Positions 22,129 through 30,713 of a stretch of DNA of 64,000 nt are shown in pieces. Below the pieces are notes generated by a model that ran no database searches, had not been told where the DNA came from, and saw nothing but the letters and a program-made list of their open reading frames with translations. Location of the stretch: positions 1-64,000 of the IMG/VR virus record IMGVR_UViG_3300029258_002750. The stretch is one strand, 5' to 3'. Numbering within the stretch: position 1 is the first letter of the stretch; each line of letters begins with the position of its first letter. The position numbers were made by a program, and so were the translations under genes.

Positions 22129-22617
22129 ATGAGCTACTACGACTGGACCACCGGCATGGCGCTTCGCGACGTCATCCGCCGATGGCAGGAAGACGGCGAG
22201 AAGATGTACGATCGGTCGATGCCGGTCATGGTCCCGTTGTCCGACCTGTGGCCTCACAGGGAGTACACGTGGAAGCGCGGGTCGGCTCGTCGCTCGCCGG
22301 AAGAGTGGGACGACCTGGCGGCCTCCATGAAGCGCGGCTGGCAGAAGCGGGAGCCGCTGCACTTCTCGATCGGCCGGAAGGGCGGTGCCAAGGTCGGCGA
22401 GGGGAACCACAGGCTGGCGATTGCCAGGCAGCTCGGGATCAAGCAGATCCCGGTCGAGTTCCATTTTCAGTCGGGCAAGGTGGAGAAGACGCGGCTCCCG
22501 CGACGGCCCCTCAAGACCGTCCGGCGGAAGCCGAAGCCGCGCCCCACAGGACGCACGAAGCCGTCCCCCGGTTCCGAGAAGCACATCGACGACATCCTGA
22601 AGCTGCTCGGAGGCTAG
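22129..22617 (+). CDS. ParB/Srx-like domain protein; leaderless
   Basis: VGEGNHRLAIARQLGIKQIPV; GGGTAGAAT-N7-ATG. Confidence 0.7.
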   Translation: MSYYDWTTGMALRDVIRRWQEDGEKMYDRSMPVMVPLSDLWPHREYTWKRGSARRSPEEWDDLAASMKRGWQKREPLHFSIGRKGGAKVGEGNHRLAIARQLGIKQIPVEFHFQSGKVEKTRLPRRPLKTVRRKPKPRPTGRTKPSPGSEKHIDDILKLLGG

Positions 22618-22717
22618 AAGATCGTGCGCGTCGTCGGATACGACGCTGGCTGCGCCGACAACAGACCTGCCCAAGGTCGGCCAGGCGCCGACACGCCACA
22701 GGCGCCGACACGCCACA

Positions 22718-22741
22718 GGCCCCCGGCTTCGGCTGGGGGCC
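22718..22741. terminator. hairpin between convergent genes, preceded by 2x17-bp tandem repeat (22682-22715)
   Basis: GGCCCCCGGC-TTCG-GCTGGGGGCC; repeat CAGGCGCCGACACGCCA x2. Confidence 0.55.
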
Positions 22742-22817
22742 TTCTGCGTTGGTTAGGACTCCTACTACCTGTGCGGCGAGATCGTCGCTCTGGGAGGCTC
22801 CTGTGGCGCCTGGGAGG

Positions 22818-23372
22818 CTACCAGGGGGCGAGCGCGATCTTCACCCGAGCGACGATGTAGTCCACGACGTTCGCGCCTTCCGGCACCGACGTCCCGTTCC
22901 ACGGCTGTGGGAACAGGACGGCCTTGCCGCCCGCCTTGATGAAGCCCTCGACGTTGTCCGGCGAGTCGTCCACCAGGACGCATCGCGGGTGATGCGCGAG
23001 CAGCTCCTTTCGGTAGGTCGGGATGAAGTTGCGGAAGCCCTTGCCGAACTTCCGATCGAACCACATCTTCTTTCCGGCGATCGTCGTCCAACTCCAACTC
23101 GGCCGGGTGAGGAAGACGACCTCAGCTGGGATGGAGCACAAGGCTGTGTACAGCGCCTCAGCCCACGGGTACTCCGGCAGGTCGCGCCAGAACTCGACCC
23201 CGGCCGCGTCGATCGGCTTCCAGAACTCGGGGCCGGTGATCCCCATGATCGTCGCCATGTCGTAGTAGGTGATGTCCTCGGGGGTCAGCGCTGACCCGTG
23301 GACACGGAGGGCCGCGCCCACGAAATCCACGAAGACGCCGTCGTGGTCGAGGAAGACGACCGGCTCAATCAC
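22818..23372 (-). CDS. 5'(3')-deoxyribonucleotidase, HAD family (NT5C-like)
   Basis: FLDHDGVFVDF, FLTRP, K..WF, LVDDSPDN, LFPQPWN. Confidence 0.85.
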   Translation of the reverse strand: MIEPVVFLDHDGVFVDFVGAALRVHGSALTPEDITYYDMATIMGITGPEFWKPIDAAGVEFWRDLPEYPWAEALYTALCSIPAEVVFLTRPSWSWTTIAGKKMWFDRKFGKGFRNFIPTYRKELLAHHPRCVLVDDSPDNVEGFIKAGGKAVLFPQPWNGTSVPEGANVVDYIVARVKIALAPW

Positions 23373-23623
23373 GGCTCCACGCCTGCTAGCTTGAGCACAC
23401 CGATCAGACGCTTCTGCGTACGCTCCAGCTGGTCGCGGTGCTTGTCGATCTTGCGCTCGACGTCCCGCTTCGACACGATCCACCACGTACCATGCGGCGT
23501 GTGGAAGTTGAGCCCCTCGCCGTTGTCGAACACGAGGATCTTGTTCTCAGGCTCGACCAGAACGCCCTCGACCCTGCGGCCGATGAAGTGCTCGAAGCAC
23601 TCGACCGTATTGGACGCGGGCAT
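23369..23623 (-). CDS. hypothetical protein
   Basis: 84 aa, coupled on both sides. Confidence 0.6.
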   Translation of the reverse strand: MPASNTVECFEHFIGRRVEGVLVEPENKILVFDNGEGLNFHTPHGTWWIVSKRDVERKIDKHRDQLERTQKRLIGVLKLAGVEP

Positions 23624-24039
23624 CAGCGAACCTTCGAGCTGCTGCCCTCGGCCACCCTCCCCAGCAGGCCGTTCTCGTCGAGGAGGTGGTAGTCGAAGCC
23701 GTTGACGGTCAGCTCGACCATCGCCTGGAACTTCTTGAAGACGACCCGGTCGCCGACCTTCACGCGCATCGGGATGCACGACCCGTCGCCCTTCATGGTA
23801 CCGGGGCCGACCGCGATCACGGTACCGACCATCGTGCGAAACTGGCCCTGTCGCGCGGTCTCGGGGAGGATGATCCCGCCCTCGGTCATCTCCTCGACGT
23901 CGTCACGCTTGATCACGATGTTGTTGCCGAACAGGTCGATTGGGAACTGAGTCGTCGTCCAATCAGGCTCCTGCGGCTTCTCGGCCTCTTCCTTCGTCTC
24001 TTCGACCTTTGCTCCGGGGGGCAACTCAAGCTCTGCCAT
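23623..24039 (-). CDS. groES: co-chaperonin GroES
   Basis: T.GGIILPETA, GTVIAVGPG, VKVGDRVVF. Confidence 0.9.
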   Translation of the reverse strand: MAELELPPGAKVEETKEEAEKPQEPDWTTTQFPIDLFGNNIVIKRDDVEEMTEGGIILPETARQGQFRTMVGTVIAVGPGTMKGDGSCIPMRVKVGDRVVFKKFQAMVELTVNGFDYHLLDENGLLGRVAEGSSSKVR

Positions 24040-24086
24040 CTGGTGTTTCCTCCTGGTGGGCGGCAGAATACACGAATGGAGGGACG

Positions 24087-24632
24087 ATGATGACCCGATT
24101 TTCCAGGCTCGCGGTTCTGGCGCTGGCCCTAGTTCTACCCAGCGGATGCGTCATGGTGGACAAGGCGGCGGACGCCATGGGCTACGAGACCTACGATCTC
24201 GAGGAGGAGTGGGCTCCCCTCGTCGTGATGGCCGAGCGGCCAGATATGCTCGGCGGCGAGAACCAGATCACCACAGTCGGCAACCATCTGTATGTCGAGT
24301 CGATCGATAAGTGGCTGACGAAGAATCCGCCCGGCAGCAGCTCCTATCGCGCCAAACTGCGCCACGAACAGGAGCACTCGAAGCGCCAGTTCGCGATGGG
24401 CGTGCTGCTCTGGATCGCTCGCTACAGCACCGATCCGGCATTCATGTGGTTCCAAGAGAGGTGCGGCTGGTACTACGAGATCAAGGGAATGCCGTGGCGT
24501 CGATCCGAGGAGATCGCTCTTATCCTGAAGGGCTACAAGGGTCTGCTCGGCCGCATGATCTCCTACGAGGATGCGCTCGAGTGGGTGAACGAGGTGAAGG
24601 CCGGAACCTGGGAACCGCCTCCGATCGAGTAG
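24087..24632 (+). CDS. putative lipoprotein with HExxH-like motif
   Basis: Signal MTRFSRLAVLALALVLPSGC; LRHEQEHSKRQ. Confidence 0.65.
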   Translation: MMTRFSRLAVLALALVLPSGCVMVDKAADAMGYETYDLEEEWAPLVVMAERPDMLGGENQITTVGNHLYVESIDKWLTKNPPGSSSYRAKLRHEQEHSKRQFAMGVLLWIARYSTDPAFMWFQERCGWYYEIKGMPWRRSEEIALILKGYKGLLGRMISYEDALEWVNEVKAGTWEPPPIE

Positions 24633-24669
24633 CAGACACCGGGGCTGGGGTAGAACGTCTGGTAGCAGG

Positions 24670-25089
24670 ATGACCGTCCGCACACTACCCGTAGCTCCGA
24701 TCAACACCACGGCCAGCGAGCTAACGGCTGCGGTCGCGCGCGTGCAGGAGAAGATCGCGGCCCGGCGCATGATCGGCGAGCTGTGGAGCCCGGAGATGAC
24801 CGGCCGGATCCGACTCACCAGCGCCTCGCACGTCGTCGTCGGCCTGCGCGTGAAGGAGGACGGGTCGCTAGAGGCCGACTTCGAGTTCGTGGACAACGAG
24901 CAGGGGAGGATGGCCGAGAGTTTCGCTGAGATTGGCACCTCCTACCCGGTGCACGGCACACTTCGAGCCTACGGAACGAGTCGCGGTCGCCTGGTCCGCG
25001 ACCTGGAGATCATCACCGTAGACCTGAGCGTCGGCGACTACCCGGACAACCCGTGCGCCATCGATCTCCTCGGGGATGTCGTCCGATGA
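24670..25089 (+). CDS. hypothetical protein with C-terminal CAIDLLGDVV tag
   Basis: Downstream of GGGTAGAAC (24648-24656). Confidence 0.65.
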   Translation: MTVRTLPVAPINTTASELTAAVARVQEKIAARRMIGELWSPEMTGRIRLTSASHVVVGLRVKEDGSLEADFEFVDNEQGRMAESFAEIGTSYPVHGTLRAYGTSRGRLVRDLEIITVDLSVGDYPDNPCAIDLLGDVVR

Positions 25090-25493
25090 GCACCGTAGAG
25101 AGGGCGAAGCGCGAGATCCTCGAACGGTTCGAGCGACGACTACAGAAGGAGATCCGAGCCCAAGGGGGCGGGGATGTTCCGCCGTGGGTGAAAGCTGGCA
25201 TGGCGCTGATCAACCAGTCCCGGCTCCACGATCCGCTGCGCCCGCCGATCGTGTCGGTCCAGCCGATGACCCAGCCGGTTGGCGGCATCACCTTCTACCG
25301 ACCCCGGTACGGCAGCTGGGAGCCCTCGGCCGTCGATCGGCTAGCCGCGCTGGCCGAACCCGATAGCGAGATGGCGAAGAGGATCGCGGAGTACGACGAG
25401 CAGGAACGGCGGCAGGAGGAGTTCTTCCGCAGGCACGCGAGGGCGATTCTGATGCTGGGATCCAAGGACGAGCGAAGGGAGATGTCGTCGTGA
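25086..25493 (+). CDS. small protein with gp23-capsid-like peptide and SAVDRLAAL tag
   Basis: IVSVQPMTQPVGGITFYRPRY; PSAVDRLAALAEPDSE. Confidence 0.65.
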   Translation: MSTVERAKREILERFERRLQKEIRAQGGGDVPPWVKAGMALINQSRLHDPLRPPIVSVQPMTQPVGGITFYRPRYGSWEPSAVDRLAALAEPDSEMAKRIAEYDEQERRQEEFFRRHARAILMLGSKDERREMSS

Positions 25494-25864
25494 GCGCGGC
25501 CGACGACTGGGGCAAGGACGAAGACCGCGATCTCATTGCCGAGCTGGGCGATCTGTCCTGCCCGCCCGAGGAGCAGGTGCTTCGCCGCCGGAAGCGCAGC
25601 TTCAAGCACTGGCTCCACACGTCAGTTGGCGTCGGCATCAGCTCGCGCGGCACCGGAGAGCGGAAGGACGATGTCGAGAAGATCTCCAAGACCTACGACG
25701 AAGGGAACGAGCAGCAGCGGACGATACTCGACACCTTCCGCTTCGTGACCGAAAGCACCAAAACCCACATCGAGCGGCTCGGCGCCGAGTCCTTCATGAC
25801 GACAGCGGATCGATGGGAGAGCGTGAGGAAGCTGGCCGATCGGGCGGCCGAGGATGGCCTGTGA
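25490..25864 (+). CDS. hypothetical protein
   Basis: 124 aa, coupled ORF. Confidence 0.55.
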   Translation: MSAADDWGKDEDRDLIAELGDLSCPPEEQVLRRRKRSFKHWLHTSVGVGISSRGTGERKDDVEKISKTYDEGNEQQRTILDTFRFVTESTKTHIERLGAESFMTTADRWESVRKLADRAAEDGL

Positions 25865-26109
25865 ACGATCCAGACGAACTGCCCGAGGACTGGGACGATC
25901 TGCCCGAGATCGAGCTGAACATCCGCTCCGAGGAGGTCATCGCCAAGCCGAGGAAGCTGCGAATCGCCGGTCTACCAGCCGAGCCCTCTGCCGTCGAGAA
26001 GCTCGGGGCGGTGGTGGATCCTGAGGTGCAGAAGAAGCTGGAGGACTACGACAAGGCGAGGGCTCGTTTCGATGAGATGCTGGCTGATCTGAGAGCGCTG
26101 TGGGGGTAG
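25861..26109 (+). CDS. hypothetical protein with SAVEKLGAVVDPE tag
   Basis: GTGA-coupled. Confidence 0.6.
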   Translation: MNDPDELPEDWDDLPEIELNIRSEEVIAKPRKLRIAGLPAEPSAVEKLGAVVDPEVQKKLEDYDKARARFDEMLADLRALWG

Positions 26110-26369
26110 CTTCTACCAGGCTCAAGTGCTACGGCGAGGTCAACTACAAGACCGGCGAGCTGCTCATGGTCTTCGACAAGCCGCCGCCGAAGGGGGGCTA
26201 CGTCACGGCCGACTACATGATGCTGCCAGATGACGCGGTCACACGACTCGGCGACTTGGTTCGGGATGACAATGAGAAGCGAGCGCCGAGCGTGTTCGCC
26301 GGACCGTTCGTCCAGGGGGAAACGATACGCGGCGACGTATCCGGCATCCGGCCCGGGAAGACTAAGTGA
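26100..26369 (+). CDS. hypothetical protein with DAVTRLGDLV tag
   Basis: 89 aa. Confidence 0.55.
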   Translation: MGVASTRLKCYGEVNYKTGELLMVFDKPPPKGGYVTADYMMLPDDAVTRLGDLVRDDNEKRAPSVFAGPFVQGETIRGDVSGIRPGKTK

Positions 26370-26623
26370 ACACCCAGGGCTCTGGCGGCGGAGGCGGCGC
26401 TTGCACCATCGTCTACGGCGTCGGCACGATCACGATGGGCGGCGTCGCCGGAGCTGATGGAAGCAACGGCAGGCTGACGCCTAGCATCACCGCCGGGGGT
26501 GGCGGGGGAGGCGCGGGCGGCAACGGTGGCGGAGTCATCTTCGTGCACCCTCGGCGTCTTCCACGGAGCGCGGTCGAGCAGATGGGCGACCTGGTGCGGG
26601 ACGATGAAGATCCAGATGCTTGA
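26366..26623 (+). CDS. Gly-rich protein with SAVEQMGDLV tag
   Basis: GGGGG repeats followed by the tag. Confidence 0.55.
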   Translation: MNTQGSGGGGGACTIVYGVGTITMGGVAGADGSNGRLTPSITAGGGGGGAGGNGGGVIFVHPRRLPRSAVEQMGDLVRDDEDPDA

Positions 26624-26936
26624 CGGTGGCGAGGTCGACGTACCGGCCAACGGCTGTATCGACGCGGGCCAGATGCTCTTCGTCCGCATCGACGGGACCG
26701 TGACCGGACATCAGGATGGGAAGTCACCGGCGATCGGCATCGCGGTCGAGTCGAGCGGACCGCTTGAGCCATCGGCGGTCGAGAGGCTCGCGGCGATCGA
26801 GGACCCCGAGATTAAGAAGCGGGTGGACGCTTGGGATCGGCGGAACACACTCCACCTCGCGCCGTTCGACCCGGTGCCCGATCCTTCGGCGCCAGGTGCG
26901 GTGCCGCTTCTAAAGGACGCTCTGCGTTCTTCATGA
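26604..26936 (+). CDS. hypothetical protein with SAVERLAAIEDPE tag
   Basis: ATG 26604; capsid-cement-like G..L.V..DG.V pattern in N-half (weak). Confidence 0.55.
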   Translation: MKIQMLDGGEVDVPANGCIDAGQMLFVRIDGTVTGHQDGKSPAIGIAVESSGPLEPSAVERLAAIEDPEIKKRVDAWDRRNTLHLAPFDPVPDPSAPGAVPLLKDALRSS

Positions 26937-27234
26937 TGTCGGCGTCGATGGCCGCGAAGAGGCTATCCCCTCGGGGAGGTGGGAGCAGCGCCTCTGGTCG
27001 GCTGTCCTCGATCCTCACCATGACTGTGAACGGGTACAGCCGGTAGACGTACTTGCAGCACTCGCCGGTGATGATCCCCATCGGATCGGCGTCGTCCCAC
27101 TGGATGATTCGACCGCACTTCTTGCAGCGGCACCGCAGCGCGTGGGACATGGTGAGGTGCATCTTGTCTTCGAGAGGCACTGACGGCTTCGTCCGACAGG
27201 ACTCCTCTATGGCTCTGCGTCGCGCTGACTCCAT
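26812..27234 (-). CDS. Zn-ribbon-like hypothetical protein; leaderless
   Basis: CRCKKC...CC; TAGAAT-N6-ATG promoter spacing. Confidence 0.5.
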   Translation of the reverse strand: MESARRRAIEESCRTKPSVPLEDKMHLTMSHALRCRCKKCGRIIQWDDADPMGIITGECCKYVYRLYPFTVMVRIEDSRPEALLPPPRGDSLFAAIDADIMKNAERPLEAAPHLAPKDRAPGRTARGGVCSADPKRPPAS

Positions 27235-27259
27235 GCCACGATTCTACGGGATGAGCGCG

Positions 27260-27964
27260 CTACGGCCCGCCATACTCACCTGCGGCGGGATTGAACTTGA
27301 TCGGGATCGCGTCGTCGGTGTGGAACTCGCGCGCCGCGTCCACGAAGAGCTTCTTCGGGCGCGGGTTCGCGGCTACCGCGTTGGACGGGTCGAGGCGCAG
27401 CACAATGTCGGCATAGTCGGCCAGTCCCCTGGGCAGACCGTAGCCGCTTCGGTCGGAGTGTGCCGTCGCGATGATCGGAATGCTGTGGCTGATCGCGAGC
27501 TGCTTTAGCCTGGACGCGTAGTGCGTCTCCCCGCGCCGGGGGTCTCTGGACCGGCCGCCTGAGAACATCATGTCGTCTACGAACAGACCGACAGTAGGAG
27601 AGACCGCGCGTTCGACCAGCGCGTCGAACGTGGGGGAGAGCATGGACGGGTCAAACACCGCGATGCGCTCGTCCCTCTCCCCGATCTCGGCCAGCTGATC
27701 GACAGCGCACCGCCTGACGGTGTTGTAGGACTGCTTCGCGCGGATCGCGTAGAGGCGCATCTGGACCTCGCGTGCGGTGGTGGTGGTCGGAAAGACCAGC
27801 ACCCTCCTGTTTGGAGGAAGGGATCGCGCCGCCTCGTTCGCCATCGTGAGCAGGACCCACGTTCGACCACGCTTCGCCTTGCCGGTTACGAGAATCAGCT
27901 CGCCCGCCCGGAAGCCGAGGGAGAGCGCGTTGAGCTGTGGCCATGGGCTCGGAAGGATTGTCAC
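27260..27964 (-). CDS. degenerate DnaB-like C-terminal domain paralog
   Basis: LNALSLGFRAGELILVTGKAKRGRT (broken Walker A), LKQLA...IPIIATAH, ADYADIVLRL. Confidence 0.65.
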   Translation of the reverse strand: MTILPSPWPQLNALSLGFRAGELILVTGKAKRGRTWVLLTMANEAARSLPPNRRVLVFPTTTTAREVQMRLYAIRAKQSYNTVRRCAVDQLAEIGERDERIAVFDPSMLSPTFDALVERAVSPTVGLFVDDMMFSGGRSRDPRRGETHYASRLKQLAISHSIPIIATAHSDRSGYGLPRGLADYADIVLRLDPSNAVAANPRPKKLFVDAAREFHTDDAIPIKFNPAAGEYGGP

Positions 27965-28221
27965 CAGTATCCGCTCTCTCGCAGGTAGGTCATCATCTCG
28001 TCGTGTGCCTCCATGACCCGCCTGGTCTCAGCTGGCAGTCCTATCTCGTCGGTGGACTGGAGTGCGCGAACACCGTCAGCGACGACCTCGATGTCCCCGT
28101 TCTCCCGGGCCGCCTTCAGGCCACGCTCGCCGTCGCGCAGGCGGCGACGGATGATCGGCGCTAGCCGGTCCCAGGACATCTCGGAGATGTCGAACGGCCG
28201 CTTGGGCACACGCTTGACCAT
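27961..28221 (-). CDS. hypothetical protein
   Basis: 86 aa directly after solitary tRNA. Confidence 0.55.
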   Translation of the reverse strand: MVKRVPKRPFDISEMSWDRLAPIIRRRLRDGERGLKAARENGDIEVVADGVRALQSTDEIGLPAETRRVMEAHDEMMTYLRESGYW

Positions 28222-28222
28222 A

Positions 28223-28297
28223 CACACCCGGAGGGACTCGAACCCCCGACCAGCACGATCTACCGTCGCACCGCTCTACCTTCTGAGCTACGGGTGC
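28223..28297 (-). tRNA. solitary tRNA with Arg-like body and atypical loop CG-GTA-GA
   Basis: GCACCCG/CGGGTGT-G; D arm GCTCAGAAGGTAGAGC; T arm GGGGG-TTCGAGT-CCCTC. Confidence 0.7.
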
Positions 28298-28352
28298 ATG
28301 ACCCCCCGGACCGCCCGGGGGGAGGAACAGAACATGGCAACTGCAACTGCTC

Positions 28353-28889
28353 CTAAGCGACAGTTCTACCCGGCTCGTCCGACAGCTCGTAGCCCTCGGC
28401 TACACCCTCGACCCAGTCGGCCTGGGTTTCCAGGGTGATCGGGAACCCGATGCCAAGATCCTCAGCCGTCGTCCGCTTCGTGCGCGGGCAGAAGTGGAGC
28501 TTCCCGCGCATGTGCGCCCGCAGCGCGCACAGGAGGGTGTAGTCCAGCTCCATCTGCCAGAACGACCAGCGGGTCCGATCGCCGATCTTGCGCGCGTAGC
28601 TCTTCCAGAACTTCGGGTCCTTCGCGACCAGCGTCTCGGGGACCTGTGGCCACGAGACCCAGCGCCGCTCTCGCTGCGCCTGCTTGTGGTCCAGCTTGTA
28701 CTGCCGCAGCGCAGGTGCCAGCAGGTTGATCTCGTGCTTGATCTTCTTCACGTCCAGCTTCGTCATGTCGATCTCCTCATTGTCGTAGTCGTAGTCGTAG
28801 TCGGGGTGCAGCACCACGGGCTCGGCCACCGGCGGCCGGGGCCTCGGGATGCCTAAGGCAAATCGCAACAGCTTCCTGATCACGGTCAC
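28353..28889 (-). CDS. hypothetical protein
   Basis: 178-aa ORF; YTLLCALRAHMRGKLH motif; true start may be internal (MTKLDVKK). Confidence 0.55.
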   Translation of the reverse strand: MTVIRKLLRFALGIPRPRPPVAEPVVLHPDYDYDYDNEEIDMTKLDVKKIKHEINLLAPALRQYKLDHKQAQRERRWVSWPQVPETLVAKDPKFWKSYARKIGDRTRWSFWQMELDYTLLCALRAHMRGKLHFCPRTKRTTAEDLGIGFPITLETQADWVEGVAEGYELSDEPGRTVA

Positions 28890-29284
28890 TCCAGAAGGGA
28901 AAGGCGGCCGAGCACGCGCTGGATGCGGCGCCGGTCGCGGGTGGGAGGGAGCCCAATCGCCATCGCCTGGCCGTGCCAGGGAGGGTCGGGCTCTTGGACC
29001 AGATGGAAGGGAATCCCGGCGCGCTCCAGCCTGTCCGCGATGCGCAGCAGCGCCTCTTCGCCAGGAACGGCGAGGACTACAGCGTGGGTGCCAGGTTGAG
29101 GAAGCGGGTCGGCCGACTCGCCAGCCGCGTGAACGGCCTGTACGACCTGAACAGGAGCCGGAAGATCGTCACGCGCGACGATGTAGTGAGTGACGGGGTT
29201 ATGGTCGTAGTCGGCTCATGCCTCTGTTATACCGGAACCCACCAAAACCGTTAGGCCCAAAAGCGAGGAAGGCGAGGTGAGGCC

Positions 29285-30025
29285 GTGAGTGACGATGTAA
29301 ACGGAAACGAGCCGGTCAACATTACCCCAGGCGACGACGGCGCTCACCCCGCTTCGACCGATCCCGAGGTCTTGCGCGCGCAGGCCGAGCTAGTCCTTGC
29401 CCAGGCACGGCTGAAGGAGGCCGAGGCAAAAGAGCGAGATTCCGAGACGAAGGCGGACAAGGCCCACACTCCGCTGGTCGACCGGATCATCATGCGCGGG
29501 CTCATTCCGATCGCACTGCTCATCGCCACCCCACTCGCGACCTACTACTTCACCGACCGGGCCGAGGAGGGCATCCGCCAGGTCCAGGCGACGAACCAGG
29601 AGGTCGAGGAGGCGGTCGCCGAGCTGGATCAGCTGGGCGGGCTGGTGACCCAACTCGACGGGCTCTTCAAGGGGGCTGACCAGAGGATTCAGGAGATGGA
29701 CCAGGCGCGGGCCGCCGAGCTGACCGCCCTGCGGGTGCTTGTCACCAGGCTGGATGATGCGCTCAAGCTCGTGCTGATCCAGATGACCATTGCCCAGGCC
29801 GCCGAGTCGCACTTCGACGAGCTGCGGGCGAACGGCGGCGCCGGGATGTCGAAGGGAGGGGTACTCGCCTCGTTCCGCGCTCGGCGCGAGAAGGTCGTCA
29901 AGCAGGCGCAGCAGCAGATCCAGACGCAGTGGCCGGGCGACGACGACGAGATCCGGGAGAAGGCCGAGGCCGCGTTCGACCGCTACCTAGAGACCCAGGA
30001 ACAGCTCCAGTACCAGGACGAGTAG
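29285..30025 (+). CDS. single-TM coiled-coil membrane protein
   Basis: Hydrophobic GLIPIALLIATPLATYYF flanked by heptad-rich helices. Confidence 0.7.
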   Translation: MSDDVNGNEPVNITPGDDGAHPASTDPEVLRAQAELVLAQARLKEAEAKERDSETKADKAHTPLVDRIIMRGLIPIALLIATPLATYYFTDRAEEGIRQVQATNQEVEEAVAELDQLGGLVTQLDGLFKGADQRIQEMDQARAAELTALRVLVTRLDDALKLVLIQMTIAQAAESHFDELRANGGAGMSKGGVLASFRARREKVVKQAQQQIQTQWPGDDDEIREKAEAAFDRYLETQEQLQYQDE

Positions 30026-30080
30026 CGCGCCCCAATCAGGGAAGACTCACTAGGCTGCAAGACCTGACGCCTATAGTGCC

Positions 30081-30103
30081 GGTGCCCCCATCGTGGGGGC
30101 ACC
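30081..30103. promoter_or_regulatory. palindromic operator-like site GGTGCCCCCA-TCG-TGGGGGCACC
   Basis: Second copy TGCCCCCA-TGG-TGGGGGCACC at 31886-31906. Confidence 0.5.
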
Positions 30104-30269
30104 AGGTCGCACTATGGTTTCGTTCTCGATGTGCAGCCCGACCACGGGCTACCATAGATGCGCCGAAGCCCGGCCGACCGCCGACCGGGCTCCCAGCATG
30201 TCGCTCTACCAACCCGAGGAGTGGAGGCCAGGCCGCCGCGCCCCGAGAGGCACAAGACCCGGAGGTCCC

Positions 30270-30713
30270 ATGCCCCAATCAGAGTACCATGATGAGCATC
30301 CTGCGCCAAGTGCTGATGCTGTAGGTCTCTGCCGCAGTTCTACCCGGCCTTCACGAACCGTTGACGGTAGAACCTCCGGTGAGAGGTTTCCCGTGGAGGA
30401 CGAAGAGAGCGCCGAGTACGAGATTCGGCTCCCTGAGTGGGACTGGTCGCACGTGCCAGCCGGGCTCCTGGCTGACGCGATCTCGGAGAAGCTAAGCAAC
30501 AACGATGTAGTGGCTTACTGCCTGCTCCAGTCGATCGTCGGCGACCCGCCGAGGACGCGGGGCGAGCTGGCCAAGATGTGGGGCATGAGCAAGCGCACGT
30601 TCCAGAGGCGGATCGCCGCGCTCGAGGGCGCGGGCTGGCTGATCCGCGAGGGAGACGAGGAGAACGGCTACTCGCTTCTCATCCTCCACGAGCGCGAGGA
30701 GGCGGGGCCATGA
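30270..30713 (+). CDS. winged HTH protein
   Basis: TRGELAKMWGMSKRTFQRRIAALEGAGWL; GGAGG SD. Confidence 0.7.
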   Translation: MPQSEYHDEHPAPSADAVGLCRSSTRPSRTVDGRTSGERFPVEDEESAEYEIRLPEWDWSHVPAGLLADAISEKLSNNDVVAYCLLQSIVGDPPRTRGELAKMWGMSKRTFQRRIAALEGAGWLIREGDEENGYSLLILHEREEAGP

